A model generated the notes under the pieces. The model was not told the DNA's origin. It saw nothing but the letters and a program-made list of their open reading frames with translations, and searched no databases. A stretch of DNA of 64,000 nucleotides from the NCBI GenBank assembly GCA_963728205.1, contig CAVSIV010000001.1:192001-256000 (forward strand). Reading direction: 5' to 3'. Of this stretch, positions 27,732-37,378 are shown piece after piece. The DNA is from an uncultured Chloroflexia bacterium (GTDB lineage Bacteria > Chloroflexota > Dehalococcoidia > UBA2979). Position 1 is the first letter of the stretch. Every line of letters starts with the position of its first letter. Position numbers and translations under genes: made by a program.

Positions 27732-30137
27732 ATGAGCGACGACCCGCCCGCCGGCCCCGGCCTGGCGCCGGGGTGGCCCGGCATCGAGCCGCGCTGGACC
27801 TCCGCCGCCAAGAGCGGGGTCGGCACGGCCGCCAACGGCGACAGCCGCATCTGGTTCACGCTCTCCCACGGCATCGTCGACGAGGTCTACTACCCGCGCA
27901 TCGACATGGCGTCGACGCGCGACTTCGGCCTCATGGTCGCCGCCGACGGCTTCTTCTCCGAGGAGAAGCGCGACGCCGTGCCGGAGGTCGCGCTCGTCGC
28001 GCCGGCCGTGCCCGCGTACCGCCTCACCAACACCTGCCGGCAGGGCCGCTACCGCATCCACAAGACCGTCGTCGCCGACCCCCGTCGCGACGTCCTGCTC
28101 CAGCGCGTGCGCTTCGAGCCGCTGCGCGGTGCGCTCGGCGACTACCGCGTCTTCGCGCTGCTCGCCCCCCACATCCGCAACCACGGCGCCGGCAACACGG
28201 GCTGGCTGGGTGACTACAAGGGCGTGCCGATGCTCTTCGCGGAGCGCGACGGCACAGCGCTGGCGCTCGTCGCCTCCGTGCCGTTCGCGGCGACCAGCGT
28301 CGGCTACGCCGGCTTCAGCGACGGCTGGCAGGACGTCTCGCGCGACGGCGAGCTGCGCCGGCACTACCCGCGCGCCGCGAACGGCAACATCGCGCTCACC
28401 GCGCAGCTCGACCTCGCGCGCGCCGGCGGCGAGTGCACGCTCGCGCTCGGCTTCGGCAGCACGCCCGAGGAGGCGGCGGAGGCCGCGCGCGCCTCGCTCA
28501 ATGACGACTTCGACGCCGTGCTCGGTGACTACGTCGCCGGCTGGCGCGCCTTCCACGCGTCGTGCACGCCGCTCCCGCCCGTCGTGCGGGACGGCATCGA
28601 CCTCGCGGCGCTGAGCACGACCGTCCTCCAGGTGCACGCCGCGAAGCACCCGGCCGGTGCGCTCGTCGCGAGCCTCTCCATCCCGTGGGGCTTCAGCAAG
28701 GGCGACGACGACCTCGGCGGGTACCACCTCGCGTGGCCGCGCGACCTCGCGGAGTCGGCCATGGCGTTCCTCGCCGCGGGTCACGCCGAGGCGGCGCGGC
28801 GGTCGCTCGTCTACCTGCTCTCGGTCCAGGAGGCCGACGGCCACTGGGCGCAGAACATGTGGCTCGACGGCACGCCGTACTGGCCGGGCGTGCAGATGGA
28901 CGAGACCGCGTTCCCGATCCTGCTCGCCGACGCGCTCCGCCGGGCGGACGCGCTCGACGGCCTCGATCCGTGGCCGGCAGTCCGCGCTGCGGCCGGCTTC
29001 CTCGTGCGCAACGGGCCGGTCACACAGGAAGACCGCTGGGAGGAGGACGGCGGCTACTCGCCGTTCACGCTCGCCGTCGAGATCGCCGCGCTGCTCGCCG
29101 CGGCGGAGTTCGCCGACGCCGCCGGCGCGTCCGCCGAGGCCGGCTTCCTCCGCGACACGGCGGACACCTGGAACGCGATGGTCGAGCGCTGGACGTACGT
29201 CACGGACACGGAGCTCGCCCGGCGCGTCGGCGTCGACGGCTACTACGTGCGCATCGCGCCGCCGGAGGTAGCCGACGCGCCTTCGCCCGCGGGCGGATTC
29301 GTGCCGATCAAGAACCGGCCGCCCGGCATGGCGGACTACCCCGCCGCCGAGATCGTGAGCCCGGACGCGCTCGCCCTCGTCCGCTTCGGCCTGCGCGCGC
29401 CCGACGACCCGCGCATCGTCGCCACCGTGCGCGTGATCGACGCGCTGCTGCGCGTCGAGCTGGCGACCGGGCCGGCGTGGCACCGCTACAACGAGGACGG
29501 CTACGGCGAGCACCCCGACGGCTCACCCTTCGACGGCTCCGGCGTCGGCCGCGCCTGGCCGCTGCTCACCGGCGAGCGCGCGCACTACGAGCTCGCACTG
29601 GGGAACCGCGCGGAGGCCGAGCGGCTGCTCGCGGTGATGGCGGCGCAGTCGGGTCCCGGGGGCCTGCTCCCCGAGCAGATCTGGGACGCGGCGGACATTC
29701 CCGAGCGGGAGCTGGTCAACGGCCGGCCGTCGGGCTCGGCGATGCCCCTCGTCTGGGCGCACGCCGAGCTGCTGAAGCTCGCGCGCTCGCTGCGGGACGG
29801 CGCGGTGTTCGACACGCCGCCGCAGCCGTACGACCGCTACGTTCGCCACCGCCTCGGCGCGCCGTGCATGACGTGGCGCTTCAACCAGAAGGCGCGCGCA
29901 GTCCCGGCGGACCTGCCCCTGCGCATCGAGGCGCTCGCACCGGCGAGCGTGCACTGGAGCGCCGACGGCTGGGCCACGACGCAGGACATCGCAACGACGG
30001 ACACCGGACTCGGCGTCCACATCGCCGATCTGCCAACGCGCGGTCTCCCCGCCGGCACCCGCGTGACGTTCACGTTCTTCTGGCCGGACGCGAACCGCTG
30101 GGAAGGCGTGGATTTCGATGTCACGCTGACCGCTTAG
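27732..30137 (+). CDS. GH15 glucoamylase/glucodextranase
   Basis: ASLSIPWG, GGYHLAWPRD, QMDETAFP, EDRWEEDGG, PEQIWD, SAMPLVWAHAE. Confidence 0.92.
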   Translation: MSDDPPAGPGLAPGWPGIEPRWTSAAKSGVGTAANGDSRIWFTLSHGIVDEVYYPRIDMASTRDFGLMVAADGFFSEEKRDAVPEVALVAPAVPAYRLTNTCRQGRYRIHKTVVADPRRDVLLQRVRFEPLRGALGDYRVFALLAPHIRNHGAGNTGWLGDYKGVPMLFAERDGTALALVASVPFAATSVGYAGFSDGWQDVSRDGELRRHYPRAANGNIALTAQLDLARAGGECTLALGFGSTPEEAAEAARASLNDDFDAVLGDYVAGWRAFHASCTPLPPVVRDGIDLAALSTTVLQVHAAKHPAGALVASLSIPWGFSKGDDDLGGYHLAWPRDLAESAMAFLAAGHAEAARRSLVYLLSVQEADGHWAQNMWLDGTPYWPGVQMDETAFPILLADALRRADALDGLDPWPAVRAAAGFLVRNGPVTQEDRWEEDGGYSPFTLAVEIAALLAAAEFADAAGASAEAGFLRDTADTWNAMVERWTYVTDTELARRVGVDGYYVRIAPPEVADAPSPAGGFVPIKNRPPGMADYPAAEIVSPDALALVRFGLRAPDDPRIVATVRVIDALLRVELATGPAWHRYNEDGYGEHPDGSPFDGSGVGRAWPLLTGERAHYELALGNRAEAERLLAVMAAQSGPGGLLPEQIWDAADIPERELVNGRPSGSAMPLVWAHAELLKLARSLRDGAVFDTPPQPYDRYVRHRLGAPCMTWRFNQKARAVPADLPLRIEALAPASVHWSADGWATTQDIATTDTGLGVHIADLPTRGLPAGTRVTFTFFWPDANRWEGVDFDVTLTA

Positions 30138-31594
30138 TGACCGATCCCCGTGGGATCCACGATCGGCCGCCACACGTGGCCGTGCTCCAGCAGCCGGTAC
30201 TGCGAATTCGGTCCGCGGCTCCCCGCGACGTACTCCTCGGGTTGCCCCTTCTCCCACGCCTCGAGCACCGGCTCGAGGATGCGCCACGCCTCCTCCACCT
30301 CGTCGAAGCGCAGGAACGGCGTGTGGTCGCCCTCGATCACGTCGAGAATCAGCTGCTCATACGCGCTCGAGTCGTGCTCCTCGCGCGAGTACTCGGTGTG
30401 CAGGATCACGTCGTGCGTCTCCAGGTCGAGACCCGGCACCTTCGCCTGCGCGACCAGGTCGATCGACTCGTGCGGCTGCAGTCGAAAGACCAGCCAGTTC
30501 GGGTCGACCTGCTCGATGGGCGTGCGCTGGAACAGCTTCGTCGGCGGCTCCTTGAACTGGATCGCGATCTCGCTGACGTCGGCCGCGAGCCGCTTCCCCG
30601 AGCGCAGGTAGAACGGCACGCCCGACCAGCGCCAGTTGTCGATGTGGAACTTCAGCGCCGCGAACGTCTCGGTGCGCGAGTCCTCGGCGATGCCCGGCTC
30701 GTCGCGATACCCCGGCACGCGCTCGCCGTTCGATTCGCCGCCGGTGTACACGCCGCGCGCCGCGTGCTCGATCAGGTCGTCGAACCGCAGCGGGCGCACG
30801 CTCTTCAGCACCTCGACCTTGTGGCCGCGCAGCACATCCGCGTCCCACACCGACGGCGGCTCGATCGCCGTCAGCGTGAACAGCTGCATCAGGTGGTTCT
30901 GCAGCATGTCGCGCAGGCAGCCGATGCCGTCGTAGTAGCGGTAGCGCCCCTCGAGCCCGAGCGTCTCCGCGACCGTGATCTGCACCTGCTCGACGTGGTG
31001 GCAGTTCAGCACCGGCTCGAGGAAGCGGTTCGAGAAGCGGAAGACGAGCAGGTTCTGCACCGTCTCCTTCCCGAGGAAGTGGTCGATGCGAAAGATCTGC
31101 TCCTCGCGCCAGTGCTCGTGCAGCTGACTGTTCAACTCGCCGGCCGATGCAACGTCATGCCCGAACGGCTTCTCGATCACGAGCCGTCGGAAGCCGTCGC
31201 CGTCCTCCTGCAGGCCGCCCTTCGCGAGCGCGGTCGCCGCCTGCGCGAACAGCCCCGGCGGCAGCGCGAGGTAGAACAGCGCCGGCCCGGTCACGACGTC
31301 GGCCAGCCGCTTCACGTCCTTCAGGGTGAGCGCGCCCGACATGTAGCGGAGGCGCGACGCGAGCGACTTCCATGCGCCCTCGCGGACCTTCGTCGCCTGT
31401 GCCTCGATGCCTTCGCGAATGTGCGACCGGAACTTCTGGTCGCTCCAATCCTCGAGCGCATAGCCGATGATGGGGCCGTCCGGGAGCTTCCCGAGGACCT
31501 CGAGCGCGTACAGCGCGGGGAACAGCAGGCGCTGGGCCATGTCGCCCGACGCCCCCAGGACGACGATCGTTGGTGAAGGTGCTTCGTCTGTCAT
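30134..31594 (-). CDS. zwf: Glucose-6-phosphate 1-dehydrogenase
   Basis: GASGDMA, IEKPFG, RIDHFLGKE, RDMLQNH, GVPFYLRSGK. Confidence 0.95.
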   Translation of the reverse strand: MTDEAPSPTIVVLGASGDMAQRLLFPALYALEVLGKLPDGPIIGYALEDWSDQKFRSHIREGIEAQATKVREGAWKSLASRLRYMSGALTLKDVKRLADVVTGPALFYLALPPGLFAQAATALAKGGLQEDGDGFRRLVIEKPFGHDVASAGELNSQLHEHWREEQIFRIDHFLGKETVQNLLVFRFSNRFLEPVLNCHHVEQVQITVAETLGLEGRYRYYDGIGCLRDMLQNHLMQLFTLTAIEPPSVWDADVLRGHKVEVLKSVRPLRFDDLIEHAARGVYTGGESNGERVPGYRDEPGIAEDSRTETFAALKFHIDNWRWSGVPFYLRSGKRLAADVSEIAIQFKEPPTKLFQRTPIEQVDPNWLVFRLQPHESIDLVAQAKVPGLDLETHDVILHTEYSREEHDSSAYEQLILDVIEGDHTPFLRFDEVEEAWRILEPVLEAWEKGQPEEYVAGSRGPNSQYRLLEHGHVWRPIVDPTGIGH

Positions 31595-31685
31595 GGGACT
31601 TACGGTACCGCCGCGCCCCAAGGCCGCTCCCCCGTCCCGGCGCGCGGCGGGCATCAGGCCCGCCGTGTGCCCCGGCCACCTCGCT

Positions 31686-31764
31686 AAGCGGCGGCGGACA
31701 CGCCGCCGACGGGTTCACGGCCTCACGGGCTGCGTTGGCATCGGCGGCGTGTCTGTCGCCGCTT
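31686..31764. repeat. REP doublet / REPIN-like element, copy 3
   Basis: aagcggcggcggacacgccgccgac ... tcggcggcgtgtctgtcgccgctt. Confidence 0.8.
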
Positions 31765-31791
31765 GCGGCGGACGATGTTCGCCCGCGCCCC

Positions 31792-33876
31792 CTACGAGTG
31801 CGCCGCGTCCACCAGGTGGCTGCTGTACACCGTCGCCTTGACGATCGTGGTGTCGGGCCGCTGCCCGAGCTCTCGCTCCATGTACGACCCGTTGCGGTTG
31901 TGGAGGAACCACTGCCACCAGTGGTCCGGCTGGTACTCCGCGATCACGATCGTCACGCCCGTGCCCTCGCCCGCGTCGCGCGCCACCGTGTCGACGTACG
32001 CAAGCAGCGGCCCCATGAACGAGCGGTACGGCGACTCGATCACCACCAGCGGCACGTCGGGGACGCGGCGGTCCCACATCGCCTCGAAGGCCTCGGTCTC
32101 CACGCCCTCGTCGCGCACGATGTGGATCGCGGTGACGTTCGACGAGATCCCGCGCGCGTACTCGATCGCCCGCAGCCCGACGTAGTTCAGCTCGCGCACG
32201 GGCACGAGCACCGGCCGCGACGGCAGGTTGTCCGGCCGGGGCGGCATCTCGATCGGCCCGTCGCCGGGGATCGCGAACCGACGTCGCAGCCCCTCGTAGT
32301 GCGCGTGGATCTGGTGCAGCAGCGCGACGAACAGCGGGATCAGGATCAGCACGATCCACGCGCCGTGCTTGAACTTCGTCCCCGCGACCACCACCGCGAC
32401 GACGCCGGTCATCGCCGCGCCGATCACGTTGATCACCGACGACCGCTTCCAGCCGGGCTCGCGCGTCTTCCGCCAGTGGATGAACAGGCCACTCTGCGAC
32501 AGCGTGAACGCAATGAAGACGCCGACCGCGTACAGCGGGATCAGGCGGTGCGTGTCGGCGTTGAAGAGGATCACGATGACGGTCGCGATCGAGGCCAGCA
32601 CGATGATCCCGTACGAGAACGCCAACCGGTCGCCGCGGAAGGTGAACTGCCGCGGCATGTAGCCGTCCTGCGCCATGATCGCCGCCAGGCGCGGGAAGCC
32701 ATTGAACGCCGTGTTCGCCGCGAGGATCAGGATTAGCGCCGTCGCGCCCTGCAACAGGTAGTACGGCGGCGTCGTCCCGCCGAACGCCACGCGGCCGATC
32801 TGCGAGATCACCGAGTCGTCGGTCACCGGGACGATGCCCTCGCGCACCGCGAGGAACGTCGCGCCCACGAAGAACGTCGCGAGGATCGCGCCCATTAGCG
32901 CCATCGTCGTCGCGGCGTTCTTCGATTCGGGCGACTTGAACGCCTGCACGCCGTTCGCGATCGCCTCGACGCCGGTGAGCGCCGTGGACCCCGACGCGAA
33001 CGCGCGCAGGACGAGGAACAGCCCGAGTGGCTCGAGCACCTGCAGCGGCTGTCGTGGCGGCGCCGAGTGCGCGAGCGTCGGCAGGCCGGGCCCGAGGATC
33101 CGCCAGACGCCGGCGACGAGCATCGCGGCGAAGATCGCCACAAAGACGTAGGTCGGGATCGCGAAGATCGAGCCGGACTCGCGCACGCCGCGCAGGTTGA
33201 TGATCGTCATCGCGATAATCGAGACGACGGCGATCTCCACGCGCCACTGCGCAAGCCCCTGGTTGGCCGAGATCACCGCCAGCACGCCGGCGGAGATCGA
33301 CACGGCGACGGTCAGCACGTAGTCGGTCATCAGGGACGCGCCGGCGATCAGGCCCCAGAGGTCGCCCAGGTTCTCGCGCGACACCGAGTACGCGCCGCCG
33401 CCCTCCGGGTACGCCCGCACGGTCTGCCGGTACGACGCGACGACCATCGTCAGCAGCACGGTGATCGCAATGGCGATCGGCAGCGCCATGGTCAGGCTCT
33501 GCTGCCCCGCGAGGACGAGGACGAGCAGGATCTCCTCGGTGGCGTATGCCGTGGACGAGAGGGCGTCGGACGCGAAGATCGCGAGCGCCTTGAGCTTGCC
33601 GAGGCGCTCCTCGGTGTCCGCGGCGGTCGGGAGCGGGGTGCCGAAGAGGCGCCGCCGCACCCCGGCGAACAGCCGGCCGAAGAAGCCGTGGGGCCGGTCG
33701 GCGGCGAGGGTGGCGATCCAGTGGCGGGCGTCGAGGAAGCGGATCAGGCGGTCGCGCGGGCGGACGACGCGGTAGCGCTGTGAGCCGGGCTTCGCGCCGC
33801 GCCGCATCTCGCCCGGCGTGCGCGGTGTCGGCTCGCGCCCGTCGTCGCGTCGCGGGGGCTGACGCTGCTCCGTCAT
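31792..33876 (-). CDS. APC-superfamily permease, KimA/YdaO-like K+ transporter
   Basis: ASDALSSTAYATEEIL, YPEGGGAY, DYVLTVAVS, ALTGVEAIANG, LIPLYAVGVF, ESPYRS..WWQWFLHN. Confidence 0.88.
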   Translation of the reverse strand: MTEQRQPPRRDDGREPTPRTPGEMRRGAKPGSQRYRVVRPRDRLIRFLDARHWIATLAADRPHGFFGRLFAGVRRRLFGTPLPTAADTEERLGKLKALAIFASDALSSTAYATEEILLVLVLAGQQSLTMALPIAIAITVLLTMVVASYRQTVRAYPEGGGAYSVSRENLGDLWGLIAGASLMTDYVLTVAVSISAGVLAVISANQGLAQWRVEIAVVSIIAMTIINLRGVRESGSIFAIPTYVFVAIFAAMLVAGVWRILGPGLPTLAHSAPPRQPLQVLEPLGLFLVLRAFASGSTALTGVEAIANGVQAFKSPESKNAATTMALMGAILATFFVGATFLAVREGIVPVTDDSVISQIGRVAFGGTTPPYYLLQGATALILILAANTAFNGFPRLAAIMAQDGYMPRQFTFRGDRLAFSYGIIVLASIATVIVILFNADTHRLIPLYAVGVFIAFTLSQSGLFIHWRKTREPGWKRSSVINVIGAAMTGVVAVVVAGTKFKHGAWIVLILIPLFVALLHQIHAHYEGLRRRFAIPGDGPIEMPPRPDNLPSRPVLVPVRELNYVGLRAIEYARGISSNVTAIHIVRDEGVETEAFEAMWDRRVPDVPLVVIESPYRSFMGPLLAYVDTVARDAGEGTGVTIVIAEYQPDHWWQWFLHNRNGSYMERELGQRPDTTIVKATVYSSHLVDAAHS

Positions 33877-34065
33877 CGACCGGCCTCTCTGCGCCCGATG
33901 CTCCCCCGGCGGGCGCAGCGGGGCGCGGGGGCCGGCTGCGCGTGGCGGTGGGCGTCGCCCGATCCTAAGTGACGATCGCGCAAAGGGGGACGCATGCTTT
34001 AATGAGGTCACCCGGGGTGCGCGCCGGCTCGCTCCGCCGCCGCGCATCGCCAGTGGCGAGGTCGC

Positions 34066-34761
34066 GTGACGTACGTTCCGGTCGCCAACAAGCGCCTCCT
34101 GGTCGTCGACGACGACCAGGCCGTGACGAGCCTGCTGCGCCGCGGCTTCACCTACGAGGGCTTCAGCGTGCAGACGGCGTCGTCGGGCGAAGAGGCCCTG
34201 CGCCGCGTCCACGAGGAGCCGCCCGACCTCGTCGTGCTCGACCTCATGATGCCCGGCATCGACGGCATCGAGGTCTGCCGCCGCCTCCGCGGCGCCGACG
34301 CGCGGCTTCCCATCCTCATCCTCACCGCGCGCGACGCCGTCCCCGACGAGGTCGCGGGCCTCGACGCCGGGGCGGACGACTATGTCACCAAGCCCTTCAG
34401 CTTCGACGTCCTGAATGCTCGCATCCGCTCGCTGCTGCGTCGCAAGGGAGGCTCGCAGCCCGAGACGCTGCGCTATCTCGACCTCAGCCTCGACGTGCGC
34501 GGCCGCGTCGCCTACCGCGGCGAGCGCCGCGTCGACCTCACGGCCACGGAGTTCGACCTGCTCGCGCTGCTACTCGGGCACGCCCAGCGCGTGCTCACAA
34601 AGGAGCAGATCCTCGAGCGCGTCTGGGGCTACGACTTCGGGGGCAACACCAACATCGTCGAGGTCTACGTGCGGTCGCTGCGCATCAAGCTGGAGGCCGG
34701 CGGCGAGCCGAGGCTGATCCAGACCGTGCGCGGCTACGGCTACGTGCTCCGCGAGGCATGA
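34066..34761 (+). CDS. OmpR-family response regulator (MprA-like)
   Basis: [40 protein letters not shown]. Confidence 0.92.
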   Translation: MTYVPVANKRLLVVDDDQAVTSLLRRGFTYEGFSVQTASSGEEALRRVHEEPPDLVVLDLMMPGIDGIEVCRRLRGADARLPILILTARDAVPDEVAGLDAGADDYVTKPFSFDVLNARIRSLLRRKGGSQPETLRYLDLSLDVRGRVAYRGERRVDLTATEFDLLALLLGHAQRVLTKEQILERVWGYDFGGNTNIVEVYVRSLRIKLEAGGEPRLIQTVRGYGYVLREA

Positions 34762-34771
34762 CCTGGCGCTC

Positions 34772-34870
34772 GTGTCGCTAACGCCCCGGCCGGTACGGCC
34801 ATGTCGCTGAAACCCCGGCCGGTACGGCCATGTCGCTGAAACCCCGGCCGGCACCACCATGTCGCTGAAA
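34772..34870 (+). repeat. 29-bp tandem repeat (3 units plus partial) between regulator and kinase
   Basis: Units at 34772, 34801, 34830 (atgtcgctgaaaccccggccggtacggcc); the fourth partial unit is the kinase start at 34859. Confidence 0.9.
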
Positions 34871-36370
34871 TTGCGCCTCGCGCTCTGGTACGCCGGCCTC
34901 ACCACCGCCGTCGTCCTCGGGATCGTCGCGACGGCCTACGTCATCCACGGCCGCAGCCAGTACCTCGACGTCGACACCAAGCTCGCCGGAGACGCCGCGG
35001 AGTACGTCCCGGTGCTGCGCTTCGTCGCCGGCGACGCCGGCGCGCAGGTGCCCTCGGCCGGTCCGACCTCCTTCGTGCAGCTCTACGACGCGCACGGCGT
35101 CCCGATCGACGGCGGGGGTGCCTCGCCGCAGCCGCCGCTCGGGCCGCTCGCGACCGTCGCCGCCGACGCCGGCCCCGCCTACGGCCCGCCCCTGCGCTGG
35201 CTCCCCGGCGGCGGCATCGACACGCCCGGCCACTTCGCGACCGTGCGCGATCCCGGCGGACACCGCGTGCGCGTCTACGCGCAGCGCGTCGCGACGAGCG
35301 GCGCCCTCACGGGCTACGTCGAGACGTGGGCGTCGCTCGAGGCCACCGACGCCTCCATGGTGCGCTTCCGCCAGATCATGCTCGGGCTCGCGATCACCAG
35401 CGTGATCGCCGTCGGCCTGCTGGGGCGCGCCATCGCCGGCCTCGCCCTGCGGCCCGTGAGCACGATGATCGCCACAGCCCAGGCGAACGCGACCCTGCGC
35501 GGCTTCGGCAGGCGCGTGCCCGAGCCGCACCCCGAGCGCCACGACGAGCTCTCCACGCTCGCGCGCACCTTCAACGAGATGCTCGATTCGCTGCAGGGCG
35601 CCTATGTCGCGCAGCAGCGCTTCATCGCCGACGCCGCGCACGAGCTCCGCGCGCCGCTCACGGCGATCCGCGGCAACATCGAGCTGCTCGAGCGCGTGAA
35701 GGACATGCCGGCAGAGGACCGCGAGGAGGCGCTCGGCGATCTGCAGCGCGAGTCGCTGCGCCTGCTCGGGCTCGTCGAGCAGCTCCTCCAGCTCGCGCGC
35801 TCGGACGCCGGCCTGCGCGTCCGGTTCCGCCCGGTCGAGCTCGACGCCGTGCTGCTGCAGGCGATCGCCGACATGCGTTCGCTGCCCGGCGCCTCGCGCC
35901 TGGAGCTGAACTCGCTCGTGCCGCTCACGGTCCGCGGCGACGCCGACCGCCTGCGGCAGCTGATCACGATCCTGCTCGACAACGCCTACAAGTACACGCC
36001 CGCCGGCGGCCGCATCCACACCTGGCTGCTGCTCGACCGGAGCGACGCCGTGCTGCGCGTCCAGGACAGCGGCGTCGGCATCTCCGCCGCGGACCTGCCC
36101 CACGTCTTCGAGCGCTTCTTCCGCGCCGATCCCGCGCGCTCCCGCGACCCCGGCGGTTCGGGGCTTGGTCTCCCGATCGCGAAGTCGATCGTCGACCAGC
36201 ACGGCGGGCAGATCGACATCGTCAGCGTCGCCGGCGCGGGTACGACGGTGACCGTCCGTCTCCCCGTGCTGACGCCGCGCACCGGCGCGCGGGACCCCGG
36301 CGTGGACGACGACGCGGCGGGCGCCGCGCGCGTCGCGGATGCCCCCGGCGGCGGGGCCGCCTCGTCCTGA
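34859..36370 (+). CDS. HAMP-domain sensor histidine kinase
   Basis: MSLKLRLALWY, DELSTLARTFN, AAHELRAPL, LLDNAYKY, GSGLGL. Confidence 0.92.
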   Translation: MSLKLRLALWYAGLTTAVVLGIVATAYVIHGRSQYLDVDTKLAGDAAEYVPVLRFVAGDAGAQVPSAGPTSFVQLYDAHGVPIDGGGASPQPPLGPLATVAADAGPAYGPPLRWLPGGGIDTPGHFATVRDPGGHRVRVYAQRVATSGALTGYVETWASLEATDASMVRFRQIMLGLAITSVIAVGLLGRAIAGLALRPVSTMIATAQANATLRGFGRRVPEPHPERHDELSTLARTFNEMLDSLQGAYVAQQRFIADAAHELRAPLTAIRGNIELLERVKDMPAEDREEALGDLQRESLRLLGLVEQLLQLARSDAGLRVRFRPVELDAVLLQAIADMRSLPGASRLELNSLVPLTVRGDADRLRQLITILLDNAYKYTPAGGRIHTWLLLDRSDAVLRVQDSGVGISAADLPHVFERFFRADPARSRDPGGSGLGLPIAKSIVDQHGGQIDIVSVAGAGTTVTVRLPVLTPRTGARDPGVDDDAAGAARVADAPGGGAASS

Positions 36371-36469
36371 GCGCGCGCGTCGCCGGCCTCAGGGCCACCT
36401 CAGGCCCTCCTCAGCAGGGATTCAGCGGCACGGCCGACGCTCGAAGCAGTACCGCGAAGGCAGGGCCGG

Positions 36470-36860
36470 ATGAGCATCGGCAGCGGATCGAGCTCGCACG
36501 TGGCGGCGCGGCCGGCGACGCACCGCGTGGGCACCGGTCCGGACAGCATCTACCTGCATGCGGTCGCGCCGAAGGTCGTCGCCGGGGGACCGGTCGCGAT
36601 TCTGCGGCTACCCGCTGCGCGAGACGACGCTGCGTCCCGCGCGCGGCGACGGCGGTGCCTTCGAAGAGCTGGTTCGGACGTCTGCCCACTGCTGCCCCGA
36701 GTGCCGCTCCGGGCTGGCGCTCGACGGTGCCGCGCGGCAGGCTGCTCGTCCGCGCGCCGCGCGGTGGGCGTGGATGAAGTGGGTGGCCCTCGCGATGGCG
36801 GCCGCGACGTCGCTCGGGGGGATCGTGCGCGTCGCCGCGACGCTGGTTCGTCGGTTCTGA
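36470..36860 (+). other. Possible small Cys/His-containing membrane protein, apparently frameshifted
   Basis: 'YLHAV' in one frame, 'FCG...HCCPEC' plus C-terminal TM in another; weak support. Confidence 0.25.
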
Positions 36861-36902
36861 CGCTCGCGCGCCATGCAGGGTCGATAGCGCAAAGGAACGC
36901 AC

Positions 36903-37121
36903 ATGTTCGGTGACATTGGCTGGCAGGAGCTGGTGCTGACGCTGGCGATCCTCGCCCTGGTCTTCGGGGCGAGCCGCGTGGCGGACATCGGCGGGGCCCT
37001 CGGCAAGGGCATCCGCGAATTCCGCACCGAGATGAAGGGCGATGAGGACACGACGCCGACGCCGAAGTCGCAGTCGGCCGACGCGGCCGCGCCGGCCGCG
37101 CCGAAGGACGCCGCCGAGTAG
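36903..37121 (+). CDS. tatA: Twin-arginine translocase subunit TatA/E
   Basis: IGWQELVL..LVFGASRVADIGGALGKGIREFR. Confidence 0.92.
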   Translation: MFGDIGWQELVLTLAILALVFGASRVADIGGALGKGIREFRTEMKGDEDTTPTPKSQSADAAAPAAPKDAAE

Positions 37122-37378
37122 CGTCGTCCCCGTTCGCGAGCACGCAGCTCGCACCCCCCGCGCCCCCGCCGTCGGGCGCCGCGCGCGGGGGGAGATGCAT
37201 TCGACGCGATCGCGCGCGACAATCCCCGACGAGCAACGCTCACTCCCGTGAGTCGGGGTCGTGGCCCGGCGCACCCTGCGCCGCGCCAGGCGTCTCCTGA
37301 CGCCGACGCCCCAGCCTGAGCGACGCCGCCGGCGCCGCACCGGGAGCGGGTGCGCGCGGGGAGCGGTCGCGAGCGCAC

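Noticed and set aside
23308-29513. Very long ORFs (1473 aa, 1228 aa, also 14272..17604 and 44578..48492) as giant proteins
   Set aside because: They are stop-poor shadow frames of GC-rich genes; only the parts with family motifs were kept
33877-34065. c-di-AMP (ydaO) riboswitch in front of the KimA/YdaO-like gene
   Set aside because: No recognisable conserved elements in this short divergent intergenic region
34772-34870. 29-bp repeats as a CRISPR array
   Set aside because: Units are head-to-tail with no unique spacers, and no cas genes are present
37200-37378. Fluoride riboswitch / CLC-F exporter
   Set aside because: No GGCGAUGG..UGAUGAC core is visible, and the ClC has GREGP rather than the CLC-F GREGT motif
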